Assembly (NCBI GenBank): GCA_022447855.1
Contig: JAKUTX010000004.1
Location: forward strand, 20,815 to 84,814
DNA: 64,000 nt
Source of the DNA: SAR202 cluster bacterium
GTDB taxonomy: Bacteria > Chloroflexota > Dehalococcoidia > Lucifugimonadales > UBA6927
Direction: 5' to 3'
Positions 48,178 through 57,478 of the stretch are shown here, in pieces. A program made the position numbers and the translations under genes. Position 1 is the stretch's first letter, and each line of letters starts with the position of its first letter. The notes beneath the pieces were generated by a model. That model ran no database searches. It had not been told where the DNA came from and saw nothing but the letters and a program-made list of their open reading frames with translations.

Positions 48178-48891
48178 TTATTCTACTTCAAGTTCAGTCA
48201 ATTCTGCAACATTTATCCTAACACTAGGTCCCATTGTACTTTTAATAAAACTAGATCTTATATACTGTCCTTTAAGACCCGCAGGTCTTGCCTGAACTAT
48301 TGCATCCATTACAGAGGATAAATTGTCTAAAAGTTGTTCCTCATCAAAACTAGCCTTACCAATTGGAACATGAATCAACGATGACCTATCGAGTCTATAC
48401 TCAACACGACCTTTTTTTGCCTCAGTAATTGCTCGAGGAATGTCATCTGAAGGCACTACAGTACCAGTCCTAGGATTAGGCATTAAGCCCTTTCTACCTA
48501 GCACTCTTCCTAACCTGCCAACCTTACCCATCATTTCAGGTGTAGCAATTGAAACATCAAATTCAGTCCAACCACCTTCGATCTGTTTTATGACTTCATC
48601 ATCTCCTACAAAATCAGCGCCCGCGTTTTCAGCAACATTAATAGTATCTCCCTCAGCAAACACTAAAACACGAATTTCTTTGCCTGTACCATGAGGAAGT
48701 GTAGCAACACCCCTAACCATTTGATCTGCATGTCTAGGATCCGCTCCGGTTCTCAGGTGAAGTTCAATAGTTTCATCAAATTTCGCTGTAGCAGAATTTT
48801 TAGTAATTGAAATTGCGTCTGTTGGTGAATAAGATTTTGTCTCTTCAATTGTTGCTAGAGCCGAATTATATCTTTTTCCATGTTTTACCAT
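48178..48891 (-). CDS. rplA: 50S ribosomal protein L1
   Basis: MVKHGKRY..., DPRHADQMVRG, GLMPNPRTGTV. Confidence 0.95.
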   Translation of the reverse strand: MVKHGKRYNSALATIEETKSYSPTDAISITKNSATAKFDETIELHLRTGADPRHADQMVRGVATLPHGTGKEIRVLVFAEGDTINVAENAGADFVGDDEVIKQIEGGWTEFDVSIATPEMMGKVGRLGRVLGRKGLMPNPRTGTVVPSDDIPRAITEAKKGRVEYRLDRSSLIHVPIGKASFDEEQLLDNLSSVMDAIVQARPAGLKGQYIRSSFIKSTMGPSVRINVAELTELEVE

Positions 48892-48898
48892 AAGTGGA

Positions 48899-49324
48899 CT
48901 ACTCCTCTATATCTATACCCATACTACGTGCTGTTCCAGCAATAATCTTCATTGCCCCCTCAATATCCGAGGCATTCAGATCTGCCATTTTAATCTCTGC
49001 AATTTCTTTTACTTTATCTTTTGGTATTGTTCCTACTTTTTGAAGATTGGGTTGTCCACTTCCTGTCTCAATACCTGCAGCCTTTCTAAGCAGCTCCGAA
49101 GCGGGTGGAGGCTTAACTATAAATGTAAATGAATTGTCATGATATACAGTAATCTCAACAGGAGCTATTGTTCCCATTTGTGACGATGTGCGTTCATTAT
49201 ATTCTTTTACAAAACCCATTATATTAATTCCATGTTGACCCAAAATTGGTCCGACAGGAGGGGCAGGAGTTGCTTTCCCTGCTTCTATCTGGAGTTTGAT
49301 CGTAGATACTACTTTCTTAGCCAC
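48899..49324 (-). CDS. rplK: 50S ribosomal protein L11
   Basis: [28 protein letters not shown] signature. Confidence 0.95.
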   Translation of the reverse strand: MAKKVVSTIKLQIEAGKATPAPPVGPILGQHGINIMGFVKEYNERTSSQMGTIAPVEITVYHDNSFTFIVKPPPASELLRKAAGIETGSGQPNLQKVGTIPKDKVKEIAEIKMADLNASDIEGAMKIIAGTARSMGIDIEE

Positions 49325-49332
49325 TTTTCGTA

Positions 49333-49899
49333 TTAAATCCTTTCCACTTGAACAAAGTCTAATTCAACAGGTGTTTCACGCCCAAAAAACGAGACAAGTA
49401 CTTTAACTTTTGATCGATCTGCATAGACTTCTTCAATAATGCCCATAAAATCAAGAAATGGACCATCGTTAATTCGCACCGTCTGACCGACAGAATATGC
49501 AATGGATATTTTGGGTTGTTCATCGGCGTTATTATAATCCAGAATTTTTTCTACTTCAGTAGGAGTAAGCGGCACAGGCCTAGATCGCATAGCCGTTTCA
49601 TCCTCAGCAGAAACAAAACCGGTAACACCTGGTGTATTTCTGACGACATGCCAACATTCATCATCCATCATCATTTTAACCAAAACGTAACCTGGAAACA
49701 CTGTTCTAGCAATCCGCTTACGTTGGCCATCTTTTATCTCAACTTCATCTTGAGTGGGAACCAAAACCTCAAGGATTCTATCAGAAATATCCATTGTGGA
49801 AATCCGGATCTCAAGATTTCGTTTTACACGTTCCTCTTGACCTGAATAGGTATGCACTATATACCACTGATCATCTGGATTATTAGTCAAATCAACCAT
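49333..49899 (-). CDS. nusG: transcription termination/antitermination factor NusG
   Basis: [17 protein letters not shown] domain and C-terminal KOW ([18 protein letters not shown]). Confidence 0.95.
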   Translation of the reverse strand: MVDLTNNPDDQWYIVHTYSGQEERVKRNLEIRISTMDISDRILEVLVPTQDEVEIKDGQRKRIARTVFPGYVLVKMMMDDECWHVVRNTPGVTGFVSAEDETAMRSRPVPLTPTEVEKILDYNNADEQPKISIAYSVGQTVRINDGPFLDFMGIIEEVYADRSKVKVLVSFFGRETPVELDFVQVERI

Positions 49900-49904
49900 A
49901 ATTG

Positions 49905-50126
49905 CTATCCAAGTATTACCGAAAAAAGTCTTCCAAAACCAATATCAATCACACCCAGAAATGCCCCAATGGCAGCGGCTACAGCTATAACCATTATAGA
50001 CAAACGCATTGTTTCTTCGCGACTCGGCCATGTGACTCGCCTAAGCTCCCCAATTATATCGGTAAAAAACCGAAAACTAGGCCTGCTCGAAGAACGCTGA
50101 TTAGATCTTGAATTCTGTCGTGCCAT
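49905..50126 (-). CDS. secE: preprotein translocase subunit SecE
   Basis: FFTDIIGELRRVTWPSREET followed by a single TM segment. Position is between rpmG and nusG. Confidence 0.9.
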   Translation of the reverse strand: MARQNSRSNQRSSSRPSFRFFTDIIGELRRVTWPSREETMRLSIMVIAVAAAIGAFLGVIDIGFGRLFSVILG

Positions 50127-50131
50127 AAAAC

Positions 50132-50299
50132 TTATCTAACTTCTCTGTAGAGTCTATGAGCTCGACATTTCGGACAATACTTCTTGAACTCTAACCTATT
50201 AGGGTCGTTCCTACGGCTTTTTTCTGTACTATAATTTCTCTCACGGCATTCAGTACAGCTCATATCTATTACAGTTCTATTTTTCCCTTTACCGGACAT
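50132..50299 (-). CDS. rpmG: 50S ribosomal protein L33 (Zn-ribbon, C+ form)
   Basis: Not in the ORF track because it is only 55 aa. My own translation of the minus strand: MSGKGKNRTVIDMSCTECRERNYSTEKSRRNDPNRLEFKKYCPKCRAHRLYREVR. It has CxxC...CxxC and lies between tuf and secE. Confidence 0.9.
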   Translation of the reverse strand: MSGKGKNRTVIDMSCTECRERNYSTEKSRRNDPNRLEFKKYCPKCRAHRLYREVR

Positions 50300-50307
50300 T
50301 CGAATTC

Positions 50308-51504
50308 CTACTCATTAATTTTGGTAATTACACCAGAACCAACTGTCCTGCCACCTTCACGAACAGCGAATCTTAATTGGTCAGTTAAGGCCACAGGCAT
50401 AATCAATTTTATATTCATTTCCACATTGTCTCCAGGCATAGCCATTTCAACACCTTCCGGCAAATGAATTTCTCCGGTAACATCTGTAGTTCTAATATAA
50501 AATTGAGGTTTATACCCATTGAAGAAAGGAGTATGTCTCCCTCCCTCAGCGCGGCTCAGAATATAAACTTGTGCCAAAAAGTCGGTATGCGGGGTAATAC
50601 TATCTGGAGCGGCCAAAACCTGACCTCTCTCTACATCCTCACGCTCAATACCTCTTAGCAAAACGCCAACAGCATCTCCAGCCTCACCAGAATCTAATGT
50701 CTTATGAAACATTTCTACTCCAGTAACAACAGTCTGATGAGTATCACGAATTCCTACAATATCTATCGTATCTCCCATCTCAACCTTGCCACCTTCTATT
50801 CTACCAGTAACAACAGTACCTCTACCTTTAATCCCAAACACATCTTCCACAGGCATAATGAATGGTAAATCAGTAGGCCTATCAGGTACTGGAACATAAC
50901 TATCAACTGCTTCCATCAATTCCCAAATACCTTTGCCCCACTCAGATTCAGGAGTAAGGTCATCAGATTCAAGTGCAGCAAGGGCACTAACAGGAATTAT
51001 CGGTACATCATCACCCGGAAAACCGTATTCTGATAGCATTTCTCGCAGTTCTAGTTCTACAAGCTCTAGCAACTCAGGATCAGCCACATCAACTTTATTC
51101 AATGCAACAACTATTGCGGGAACTTCAACTTGACGAGCCAGCAATATGTGTTCACGTGTTTGTGGCATAGGACCATCTGCAGCACTCACAACTAATATTG
51201 CCCCATCCATCTGAGCAGCACCCGTAATCATATTCTTAATATAATCAGCGTGACCAGGACAATCTACGTGAGCATAATGCCTTGATTCAGTTTCATATTC
51301 CACGTGCTGAATCGCAATAGTCACACCTCTTTCACGTTCTTCAGGAGCATTGTCAATAGTCTCAAACGCCCTAAAATCAGCCATCCCAGCTGAAGCAAGA
51401 GTTTTAGTAATCGCAGCCGTTAAAGTAGTTTTCCCGTGGTCAACGTGACCAATAGTACCTACATTCACGTGCGGTTTAGTTCTTTCAAATTTTTGTTTAG
51501 CCAT
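50308..51504 (-). CDS. tuf: elongation factor Tu
   Basis: [39 protein letters not shown]. The ATG at 51504 follows GGAGGT. The ORF track start at 51516 adds 4 codons. Confidence 0.97.
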   Translation of the reverse strand: MAKQKFERTKPHVNVGTIGHVDHGKTTLTAAITKTLASAGMADFRAFETIDNAPEERERGVTIAIQHVEYETESRHYAHVDCPGHADYIKNMITGAAQMDGAILVVSAADGPMPQTREHILLARQVEVPAIVVALNKVDVADPELLELVELELREMLSEYGFPGDDVPIIPVSALAALESDDLTPESEWGKGIWELMEAVDSYVPVPDRPTDLPFIMPVEDVFGIKGRGTVVTGRIEGGKVEMGDTIDIVGIRDTHQTVVTGVEMFHKTLDSGEAGDAVGVLLRGIEREDVERGQVLAAPDSITPHTDFLAQVYILSRAEGGRHTPFFNGYKPQFYIRTTDVTGEIHLPEGVEMAMPGDNVEMNIKLIMPVALTDQLRFAVREGGRTVGSGVITKINE

Positions 51505-51520
51505 TTCTACCTCCATTAAC

Positions 51521-51596
51521 TGGAGCCCACAAGCAGACTCGAACTGCTGACCTCGTTCTTACCAAGAACGTGCTCTGCCGGCTGAGCTATGTGGGC
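51521..51596 (-). tRNA. tRNA-Thr (anticodon GGU), CCA encoded
   Basis: Hand-folded cloverleaf: acceptor GCCCACA/TGTGGGC, D stem GCTC/GAGC, anticodon stem CGTTC/GAACG with loop TTGGTAA, T arm AGCAG-TTCGAGT-CTGCT, 3' TCCA. Confidence 0.9.
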
Positions 51597-51638
51597 CCGA
51601 GAATAAATTTATTAATTTAGATAATCATTAGTCTTACT

Positions 51639-51725
51639 TGGTGGAGGGGACTGGATTCGAACCAGTGTAGCCCTCAGAGCGCCAGATTTACAGTCTGGTG
51701 GATTTAACCACTCTCCCACCCCTCC
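51639..51725 (-). tRNA. tRNA-Tyr (anticodon GUA), long variable arm, CCA encoded
   Basis: Acceptor GGAGGGG/CCCCTCC, anticodon stem CCAGA/TCTGG with loop CTGTAAA, T arm ACTGG-TTCGAAT-CCAGT, 3' ACCA. Confidence 0.9.
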
Positions 51726-51812
51726 ATAATACAAAATACATCTCACAGAAGTTTAGCATATTAGATAAGTAGCACCAAATAAAATATATAGATAATTTTA
51801 TACCTAGCCCCA

Positions 51813-51886
51813 AGCCCCAGAGGGGACTCGAACCCGCTAACCTGGCGATTACAAATCGCCTGCGCTGCCAGTTGCGCCACTGGGGC
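51813..51886 (-). tRNA. tRNA-Thr (anticodon UGU), CCA not encoded
   Basis: Acceptor GCCCCAG/CTGGGGC, D stem GCGC/GCGC, anticodon stem GGCGA/TCGCC with loop TTTGTAA, T loop TTCGAGT. The T stem has one C-C mismatch and there is one extra nucleotide in my hand fold. Confidence 0.8.
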
Positions 51887-51928
51887 ATATTTATCTCGTT
51901 CACAATAGATTGTTAAAGCGCAAAACGA

Positions 51929-51957
51929 GGCTAGACCCCGAAATTCGGTGACTAGCC
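51929..51957 (-). terminator. possible larC terminator hairpin
   Basis: The minus strand reads GGCTAG-tca-CCG-aattt-CGG-ggt-CTAGCC followed by TCGTTTTGCGCTTT. It sits between the larC stop and the tRNA cluster. Confidence 0.3.
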
Positions 51958-52041
51958 GCATCAACTTTATTATTTTATCCATCTATTGCGCCTAGGTCAA
52001 GCACCAAAAAGTGTAAAAAATCAATATATTGAATGGTAAAT

Positions 52042-53229
52042 TTACTTCTCGGAAAATTGCCTTTGCACAATCAAAAAGACCTCTTGCAATGACAATCCAT
52101 TAATTTCAGCTATTTCTTTACAATCCTCATATTCTGGTGAAGCATTAATAATTTCATTCCCGATTTTTTTGACCTTAACTCTTACACTACCAAATTCAGT
52201 TTTAACTTCAACTATCTCCCTATCAGCTTCTATCCTAGAAATTTCTCTAATCCGAATACCCAAAGTTGTAGTTTCACGAAATATTAATTCCGTAGCTTTG
52301 GATTCTAATTCATTGGTAACAAGAACAGATAACATAGTCCCGGGTCTATTTTTTTTCATTTGTATTGGCGTAAACCATACATCTCGAACTCCAAGTTTAA
52401 ACAATTCCTCTTGAACATACCCAAACAACTCAGGGCTCATATCATCAATATTCGTTTCAAGAATTATTAATTCCTTAACAGTTTGAATTTCAAATTGAGT
52501 TCCTATCCAAAGCGACAGCGCGTTAGGATAAGAGTCAGGATTTCTAGATCCCAAACCAACGCCGGTATTTACTAAATTAATATTCGGATGACCAAATTCT
52601 GACAATGTACACAATATTGCTGCTCCAGAAGGAGTAACCATTTCGCCAGTCGGATGAGAATTATTAGGAACAGCATGAATTGGGGCATTGAACTCAACAA
52701 ATATTGTTTCAGTAGCAGGCGCAGGCACGGACACAATACCATGAGCGATCTTAATCACTCCATTACCAGCTGGAAAACCTGAACAAAAAACCCTATCAAC
52801 CCCTAATTCCTCTAATGCCAAAACAGATCCTACAACATCTACTAATGTATCAACCTGTCCAAGTTCATGTAAGTGGACTTCGTCCGAAGGAATACCATGA
52901 ACTTTTGATTCAGCCGTTTTTAAGGTTTCAAAAATCTCTAAAGATTTCTTTTTAGTCTGATTTGACAGATCCGAATCTAGAATCAAAGAAACAAAATCTT
53001 GAAAATTTCTACGAATCTCCCCTTTAGTCGATTGCCTAACAACCAAATGAGTCCCAGTCATACCATTTCTTACTGAGTCTGAATATTCAATAGTAAATTC
53101 ATCTGGAACAATTTTAGACAGAGGATCAACTATCTTATCAATAGATACACCTAAATCAACTAACGCGCCTAAAATCATATCCCCACTTGCGCCACCAATA
53201 CAACGAAAAAAAGCAATGTTCTGTTGCAT
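52042..53229 (-). CDS. larC: LarC (DUF111) nickel insertion protein for the nickel-pincer nucleotide cofactor
   Basis: N-terminal FRCIGGASGDMILGALVDLGV, HLHELGQVDTLVDVVG, and the overall 395 aa DUF111 architecture. Confidence 0.8.
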   Translation of the reverse strand: MQQNIAFFRCIGGASGDMILGALVDLGVSIDKIVDPLSKIVPDEFTIEYSDSVRNGMTGTHLVVRQSTKGEIRRNFQDFVSLILDSDLSNQTKKKSLEIFETLKTAESKVHGIPSDEVHLHELGQVDTLVDVVGSVLALEELGVDRVFCSGFPAGNGVIKIAHGIVSVPAPATETIFVEFNAPIHAVPNNSHPTGEMVTPSGAAILCTLSEFGHPNINLVNTGVGLGSRNPDSYPNALSLWIGTQFEIQTVKELIILETNIDDMSPELFGYVQEELFKLGVRDVWFTPIQMKKNRPGTMLSVLVTNELESKATELIFRETTTLGIRIREISRIEADREIVEVKTEFGSVRVKVKKIGNEIINASPEYEDCKEIAEINGLSLQEVFLIVQRQFSEK

Positions 53230-53296
53230 TTTAACCCCAATCTTAAATTGAATTAGTTAGACAATCGATTAAAACAACATGAATTAAAAACCAGGA

Positions 53297-55774
53297 TTAA
53301 ATGGCAGGTGTTTGCAATTTAGGAGAGAGAGTATTCACAACTATTTCATCATCTTCCAAATCAATAATAACCGTAGTAGCAGGTTTAATATGACCACTCA
53401 ATAATGCATCAGACAATTTATCTTCAATATTATCTTGAATTACTCTTCTTAAAGGACGAGCACCAAAATGCCTATCGTATCCCTTTTCTGCCAGCCAAGT
53501 TTTGGCTGAATCAGAAACTTCCATATCCACACCTTGTTCAATTAAATTCGAATGGACTTCTTTCAACATAAGATCAACAATTTGTGTCATGTGCTCGACA
53601 TGAAGTGACTGGAATACAATTGATCCATCTAGTCGATTTAAAAATTCTGGCCTGAAAAAACGCTTAACTTCATCCATAACATTTGTTTTCATTCTTTCAT
53701 ATCTATGCTGTTCTTCTTCTATTTCATCGGTAGACTTTGCGAATCCCAAAGTTCTATCCTGTCGAATTAAATCTGATCCAATATTACTAGTCATAACAAT
53801 CAAAGTATTTCGGAAATCTACTTTCCTACCCTTAGAATCGGTAAGATGTCCATCATCAAAAATCTGAAGCAAAATATTGGAAACATCCCTGTGGGCTTTT
53901 TCAATTTCATCTAACAGAATTACCGAATATGGCTTGCGTCGAACAGCTTCAGTAAGTTGACCACCTTCATCGTGACCAATATAACCTGGAGGTGATCCCA
54001 CTAATCTAGCAACAGAGTGCTGTTCCATAAATTCCGACATATCTATTCTAACCATAGAATCTTCGCTACCAAAAAGAAATTCTGCCAGTTTTTGAACCAA
54101 ATAAGTCTTACCGACACCAGTAGGGCCTAAAAACAAGAAGACACCAGTGGGTCTCTTACGACTTTTTAATCCAGATCTTGACCTTCTTACAGCCTTTGAA
54201 ATAACACTAATCGCTTCTTGTTGACCAACCACTTCAGAGGAAATAGATTCTTCCATTTTCACAAGTCGATCCATTTCATTTGAAGCAAGATTAGTCACTG
54301 GAATTCCTGTCCACATGGTCACAACTTCATCTATATCCTGCTCAATCACTATTGGTTTTTCATCATGATCATTTTTCCAATCAGCTTGGAGTTCATCGAT
54401 TTTTTCCTGCAAGTCGACTTCTCTTTCCCTAAGCGAGGAAGCATGCTCATATTCTTGATCTTCTATAGCTTTCTCTTTCTCTGTTTTGGTACGATTGAGC
54501 AAATTTATCAAATCTTTAATATTTACTGGTGGAGTAGAAGAATTTATCCGTACTCTTGAAGCTGCCTCATCAATAACATCAATAGCCTTATCAGGCAAGA
54601 ATCTATCTGAAATAAATCTTGATGCAAGGCTAGCAGCTCTCTCAAGAGCATCGTCAGAAATTTCTAAGTTATGGTGCTCTTCATACAAATAGCGAATGCC
54701 TTTAAGTATTTCTACCGTCTCGCCTACAGAAGGTTCTTCCACACGTACTGGCTGGAATCTTCTTTCGAGTGCAGGGTCCCTCTCAATATATTTCCTGTAA
54801 TCATCCAAGGTCGTAGCGCCAATAGTTTGCATTTCGCCACGAGCCAAGGAAGGTTTCAACATATTAGCAGCATCGACTGCACCCTCAGCTGAACCAGCAC
54901 CTACGACAGTATGTACTTCATCAATAAATAATATACAATTCCCAACTTTTCGGACTTCTTCAATTACTTTTTTAAGTCGTTCTTCAAATTCGCCTCTATA
55001 TTTTGTTCCGGCGACCAAAGAACCCATATCTAAAGTGACTAAACGTTTGTCTTTGACCGTGTCAGGAACGTCACCTGACGCAATCCGATTAGCCAAAGCT
55101 TCAACAATCGCAGTTTTTCCAACTCCTGGTTCTCCAACAAGAACTGGGTTATTCTTCGTACGGCGACTAAGAATTTGAACAACTCTTTGAATTTCCGTAT
55201 CACGACCAACAGTTTTCCCCAACTTGCCTTGAGCTGCCTTTTTGGTCAAGTCTACACCCAACTGTTCTAACGTAGGCGTAGAAGACTTAGTCTTCCTTGA
55301 AGGCCTAGAAGTCTTACTTGGAGGCTCATTATTAGCCTGTAGAACATTACTGGTCTCAGCTCTAATTCTATCTATGTCAACCCCTAAGCTCTCCAGTATC
55401 CCGGCCGCCACACCTTCTCCATCTCTCATTAAACCAATCAAAAGATGCTCAGTCCCTATGTATGTATGATTAAGACGCCTTGCCTCGTCAACTGCTAATT
55501 CAATAAGTTTTTTAGCTCTTGGAGTCAATCCAATATCTTGTTGAGGATTTGATTCCTCTTTACCAATCAAATATTCGACAGCCGACCTAACTCTAGAAAG
55601 ATCTAATCCTAAATTACCGAGGACTTGAGCAGCAACACCGTCAGTCTCTCTTACAAGTCCAAGCAAGATATGCTCACTACCTATATAGTTGTGATTAAAC
55701 CTCTGAGCTTCTTCCTGGGAAAGTGATAACACCCTTCGGGCTCGCTCAGAAAATTTTTCGAATCTGCTTGCCAT
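53297..55774 (-). CDS. clpC: ATP-dependent Clp protease ATP-binding subunit ClpC
   Basis: Duplicated Clp_N repeat ([10 protein letters not shown] / [10 protein letters not shown]). Walker A motifs GEPGVGKTA and [11 protein letters not shown]-like linker ([20 protein letters not shown]). Confidence 0.95.
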   Translation of the reverse strand: MASRFEKFSERARRVLSLSQEEAQRFNHNYIGSEHILLGLVRETDGVAAQVLGNLGLDLSRVRSAVEYLIGKEESNPQQDIGLTPRAKKLIELAVDEARRLNHTYIGTEHLLIGLMRDGEGVAAGILESLGVDIDRIRAETSNVLQANNEPPSKTSRPSRKTKSSTPTLEQLGVDLTKKAAQGKLGKTVGRDTEIQRVVQILSRRTKNNPVLVGEPGVGKTAIVEALANRIASGDVPDTVKDKRLVTLDMGSLVAGTKYRGEFEERLKKVIEEVRKVGNCILFIDEVHTVVGAGSAEGAVDAANMLKPSLARGEMQTIGATTLDDYRKYIERDPALERRFQPVRVEEPSVGETVEILKGIRYLYEEHHNLEISDDALERAASLASRFISDRFLPDKAIDVIDEAASRVRINSSTPPVNIKDLINLLNRTKTEKEKAIEDQEYEHASSLREREVDLQEKIDELQADWKNDHDEKPIVIEQDIDEVVTMWTGIPVTNLASNEMDRLVKMEESISSEVVGQQEAISVISKAVRRSRSGLKSRKRPTGVFLFLGPTGVGKTYLVQKLAEFLFGSEDSMVRIDMSEFMEQHSVARLVGSPPGYIGHDEGGQLTEAVRRKPYSVILLDEIEKAHRDVSNILLQIFDDGHLTDSKGRKVDFRNTLIVMTSNIGSDLIRQDRTLGFAKSTDEIEEEQHRYERMKTNVMDEVKRFFRPEFLNRLDGSIVFQSLHVEHMTQIVDLMLKEVHSNLIEQGVDMEVSDSAKTWLAEKGYDRHFGARPLRRVIQDNIEDKLSDALLSGHIKPATTVIIDLEDDEIVVNTLSPKLQTPAI

Positions 55775-55854
55775 TCAATTACCTCTCTAAGCTGGTTGGC
55801 AACCAAGCATATATTTATAGTAATTCCATTTTATTTATAGTCAATAGATAGAAA

Positions 55855-57060
55855 CTAGAATTCCTCTTCGACATAATCTTCGGCAGCTTGTTTTAAACTC
55901 ATTCCAAGCCTGCGCCTATCTGATTCTATTCTTAACACCTTTACTTGGACAATATCTCCATCAGAAACAACATCGCTAGGGTGACGAATCATTCGAGTCG
56001 ACAATTCTGAAATATGAATTAAACCTTCTACAGAACATTCTGGATTTTCCAATCTTGCAAAAGCTCCAAAATCAGTAACATTTGTTATGACTGCAGGCAC
56101 AACATCGCCTATGTGAACATGTTCAGAAATTGCCATCCAAGGTTCCGGCTGCAATTGTCTAATACTCAGACCAATTTTTTGCCCATCTTTGTCAATTTTG
56201 ATTACTTTAATATCAATTTCTTGACCTACTTCTACTACATCACCTGGGGAACTAATTGGACCCCAAGACATTTCAGAAATATGTACTAATCCATCAGCAC
56301 CACCCAAATCAACAAACGCACCAAAATTACTTATCCCAGAAATTTTGCCTTTCCTGACTTCGCCTATCTCTAACTCTTCAATTAATTTTGACTTCAAATC
56401 TTCTCGTTCACTTTGAACGGTATTTCTTTCAGAAAAGATAGCTCGATTCCGCGGCCTATTTACCTCAAGAACTTTCAATCGAATCGTCTGTCCAATAAAT
56501 TCATCTCTAGGATCGGATTGTTCATCATTAGCTTCTGAATCCGAATTATCATCAGACGTTTCAGAAGATGTTTCTCCAGAAGGAGTAGTCGCATTAAATT
56601 GAAAAAAATCTCTTGGAACAGAAACTAGATGTGATATTGGAACAAATCCACGAATACCAAATTTTTCAATTATCGCACCACCCCGATTGAACCCAATTAT
56701 TGTCCCATCGAGTATCTCTCCATCTTTTTCGGCATTAGAAAATGCAACCCAGCCACTCTCATTAACAGCCTTGTCGATGGACAATATTGCTGGTCGGTCA
56801 GCACCTTCGGGACGAACGACAAGCATGGTAACGGAAGTTTCTCCCACAACAATGTCTGCTAAATCAACCGTACGCATTTCTCCTGGAGGTACAGTTCCCT
56901 CAGCTTTGTGTCCTACATTTACTAATATGCCGTCTGAGTCTGCCCTCAAAACAACTCCTTCAATCACTTCACCTCGACGTAGAGGTTTAGGTTGCTCCAT
57001 CGAGTCAAGGAGTGTTCCCATGTCTTCTATAGCTCCAGCACCTTCTTCATGCTCTGTCAT
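55855..57060 (-). CDS. rpsA: 30S ribosomal protein S1 (4 S1 domains)
   Basis: Repeated S1/OB motifs (G.V..V...G..V..G....G..H.SE). 401 aa, with an acidic Ser/Asp-rich insertion after domain 2. Confidence 0.85.
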   Translation of the reverse strand: MTEHEEGAGAIEDMGTLLDSMEQPKPLRRGEVIEGVVLRADSDGILVNVGHKAEGTVPPGEMRTVDLADIVVGETSVTMLVVRPEGADRPAILSIDKAVNESGWVAFSNAEKDGEILDGTIIGFNRGGAIIEKFGIRGFVPISHLVSVPRDFFQFNATTPSGETSSETSDDNSDSEANDEQSDPRDEFIGQTIRLKVLEVNRPRNRAIFSERNTVQSEREDLKSKLIEELEIGEVRKGKISGISNFGAFVDLGGADGLVHISEMSWGPISSPGDVVEVGQEIDIKVIKIDKDGQKIGLSIRQLQPEPWMAISEHVHIGDVVPAVITNVTDFGAFARLENPECSVEGLIHISELSTRMIRHPSDVVSDGDIVQVKVLRIESDRRRLGMSLKQAAEDYVEEEF

Positions 57061-57094
57061 ATGTTTATTTAGTCCGCCTTTTTAAGTTGTATAG

Positions 57095-57123
57095 ATTATA
57101 TTGACGACTAGCCCGATTGTAAA
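57095..57123 (-). promoter_or_regulatory. candidate sigma-70-type promoter for rpsA (TTTACA-17-TATAAT)
   Basis: The minus strand reads TTTACA, then atcgggctagtcgtcaa (17 nt), then TATAAT. It lies about 35 nt upstream of the rpsA ATG. Confidence 0.5.
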
Positions 57124-57200
57124 GCCCATAAACAAGTAAACAATTTCAGAGGAAATTTCCAACGTAGTCATCAAATATTAAAAAACCTATATAAGAAAAA

Positions 57201-57322
57201 GCCCCTTGGCAATGACCCATTTTCCCACGCCCTTGCGAGCGCAGTATCGTAGGTGCTGAGACGTTTCACTACCGTGTTCGGGATGGTTACGGGTGGTTCC
57301 GCCACGCTAGAATCACCAAAGG
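57201..57322 (-). rRNA. rrf: 5S ribosomal RNA (boundaries +/- 3 nt)
   Basis: The minus strand reads CCTTTGGTGATTCTAGCGTGGCGGAACCACCCGTAACCATCCCGAACACGGTAGTGAAACGTCTCAGCACCTACGATACTGCGCTCGCAAGGGCGTGGGAAAATGGGTCATTGCCAAGGGGC. It has the conserved CCCGAAC...GTGAAAC core, the ends pair as helix I, it is G+C-rich relative to its flanks, and it is followed by a T-run. Confidence 0.9.
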
Positions 57323-57335
57323 ACTCAATGAATAA

Positions 57336-57364
57336 ATTGTATGACTGAAAACTGTAGATGTCAA
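57336..57364 (-). promoter_or_regulatory. near-consensus promoter directly upstream of 5S rRNA (TTGACA-17-TACAAT)
   Basis: The minus strand reads TTGACA, then tctacagttttcagtca (17 nt), then TACAAT. The -10 ends 13 nt before the predicted mature 5S 5' end. Confidence 0.55.
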
Positions 57365-57402
57365 TAATTTGGAAAATTGATATGTAAACAAATAATTTTC
57401 AA

Positions 57403-57431
57403 TTGACCTCCCAAGTACGCCATGTTACAGT
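57403..57431 (+). promoter_or_regulatory. candidate promoter for the IscA-like gene (TTGACC-17-TACAGT)
   Basis: Hexamers with 17-nt spacing, about 45 nt upstream of the ATG. AGAGGTGA SD at 57468-57475. Confidence 0.3.
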
Positions 57432-57478
57432 CCAATAAAGTGGAATATCATATAGAACTCATCATATAGAGGTGAAAA

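Noticed and set aside
51505-51516. N-terminally extended starts from the ORF track: tuf 51516, nuoC 13754, nuoB 14355, nuoJ 10281, yjbQ 16084, hemB 40729, sufD 20833, nucleoside hydrolase 17563, yacL 28818
   Set aside because: In each case a downstream ATG matches the conserved protein N-terminus, has an SD or a stop/start coupling junction, and avoids a long overlap with the upstream gene.
51688-51982. Two ORFs of 71 and 73 aa on the minus strand in the larC-tuf spacer
   Set aside because: They run straight through tRNA-Tyr and tRNA-Thr(UGU). The open frames are by-products of the tRNA sequences, not genes.
55775-55854. Possible CtsR operator or terminator in the rpsA-clpC spacer, an imperfect hairpin GCTGGTTGGCAACCAAGC
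   Set aside because: No GGTCAAA-type direct repeat is present. The hairpin is imperfect and lacks a T-run. The evidence is insufficient to annotate it.
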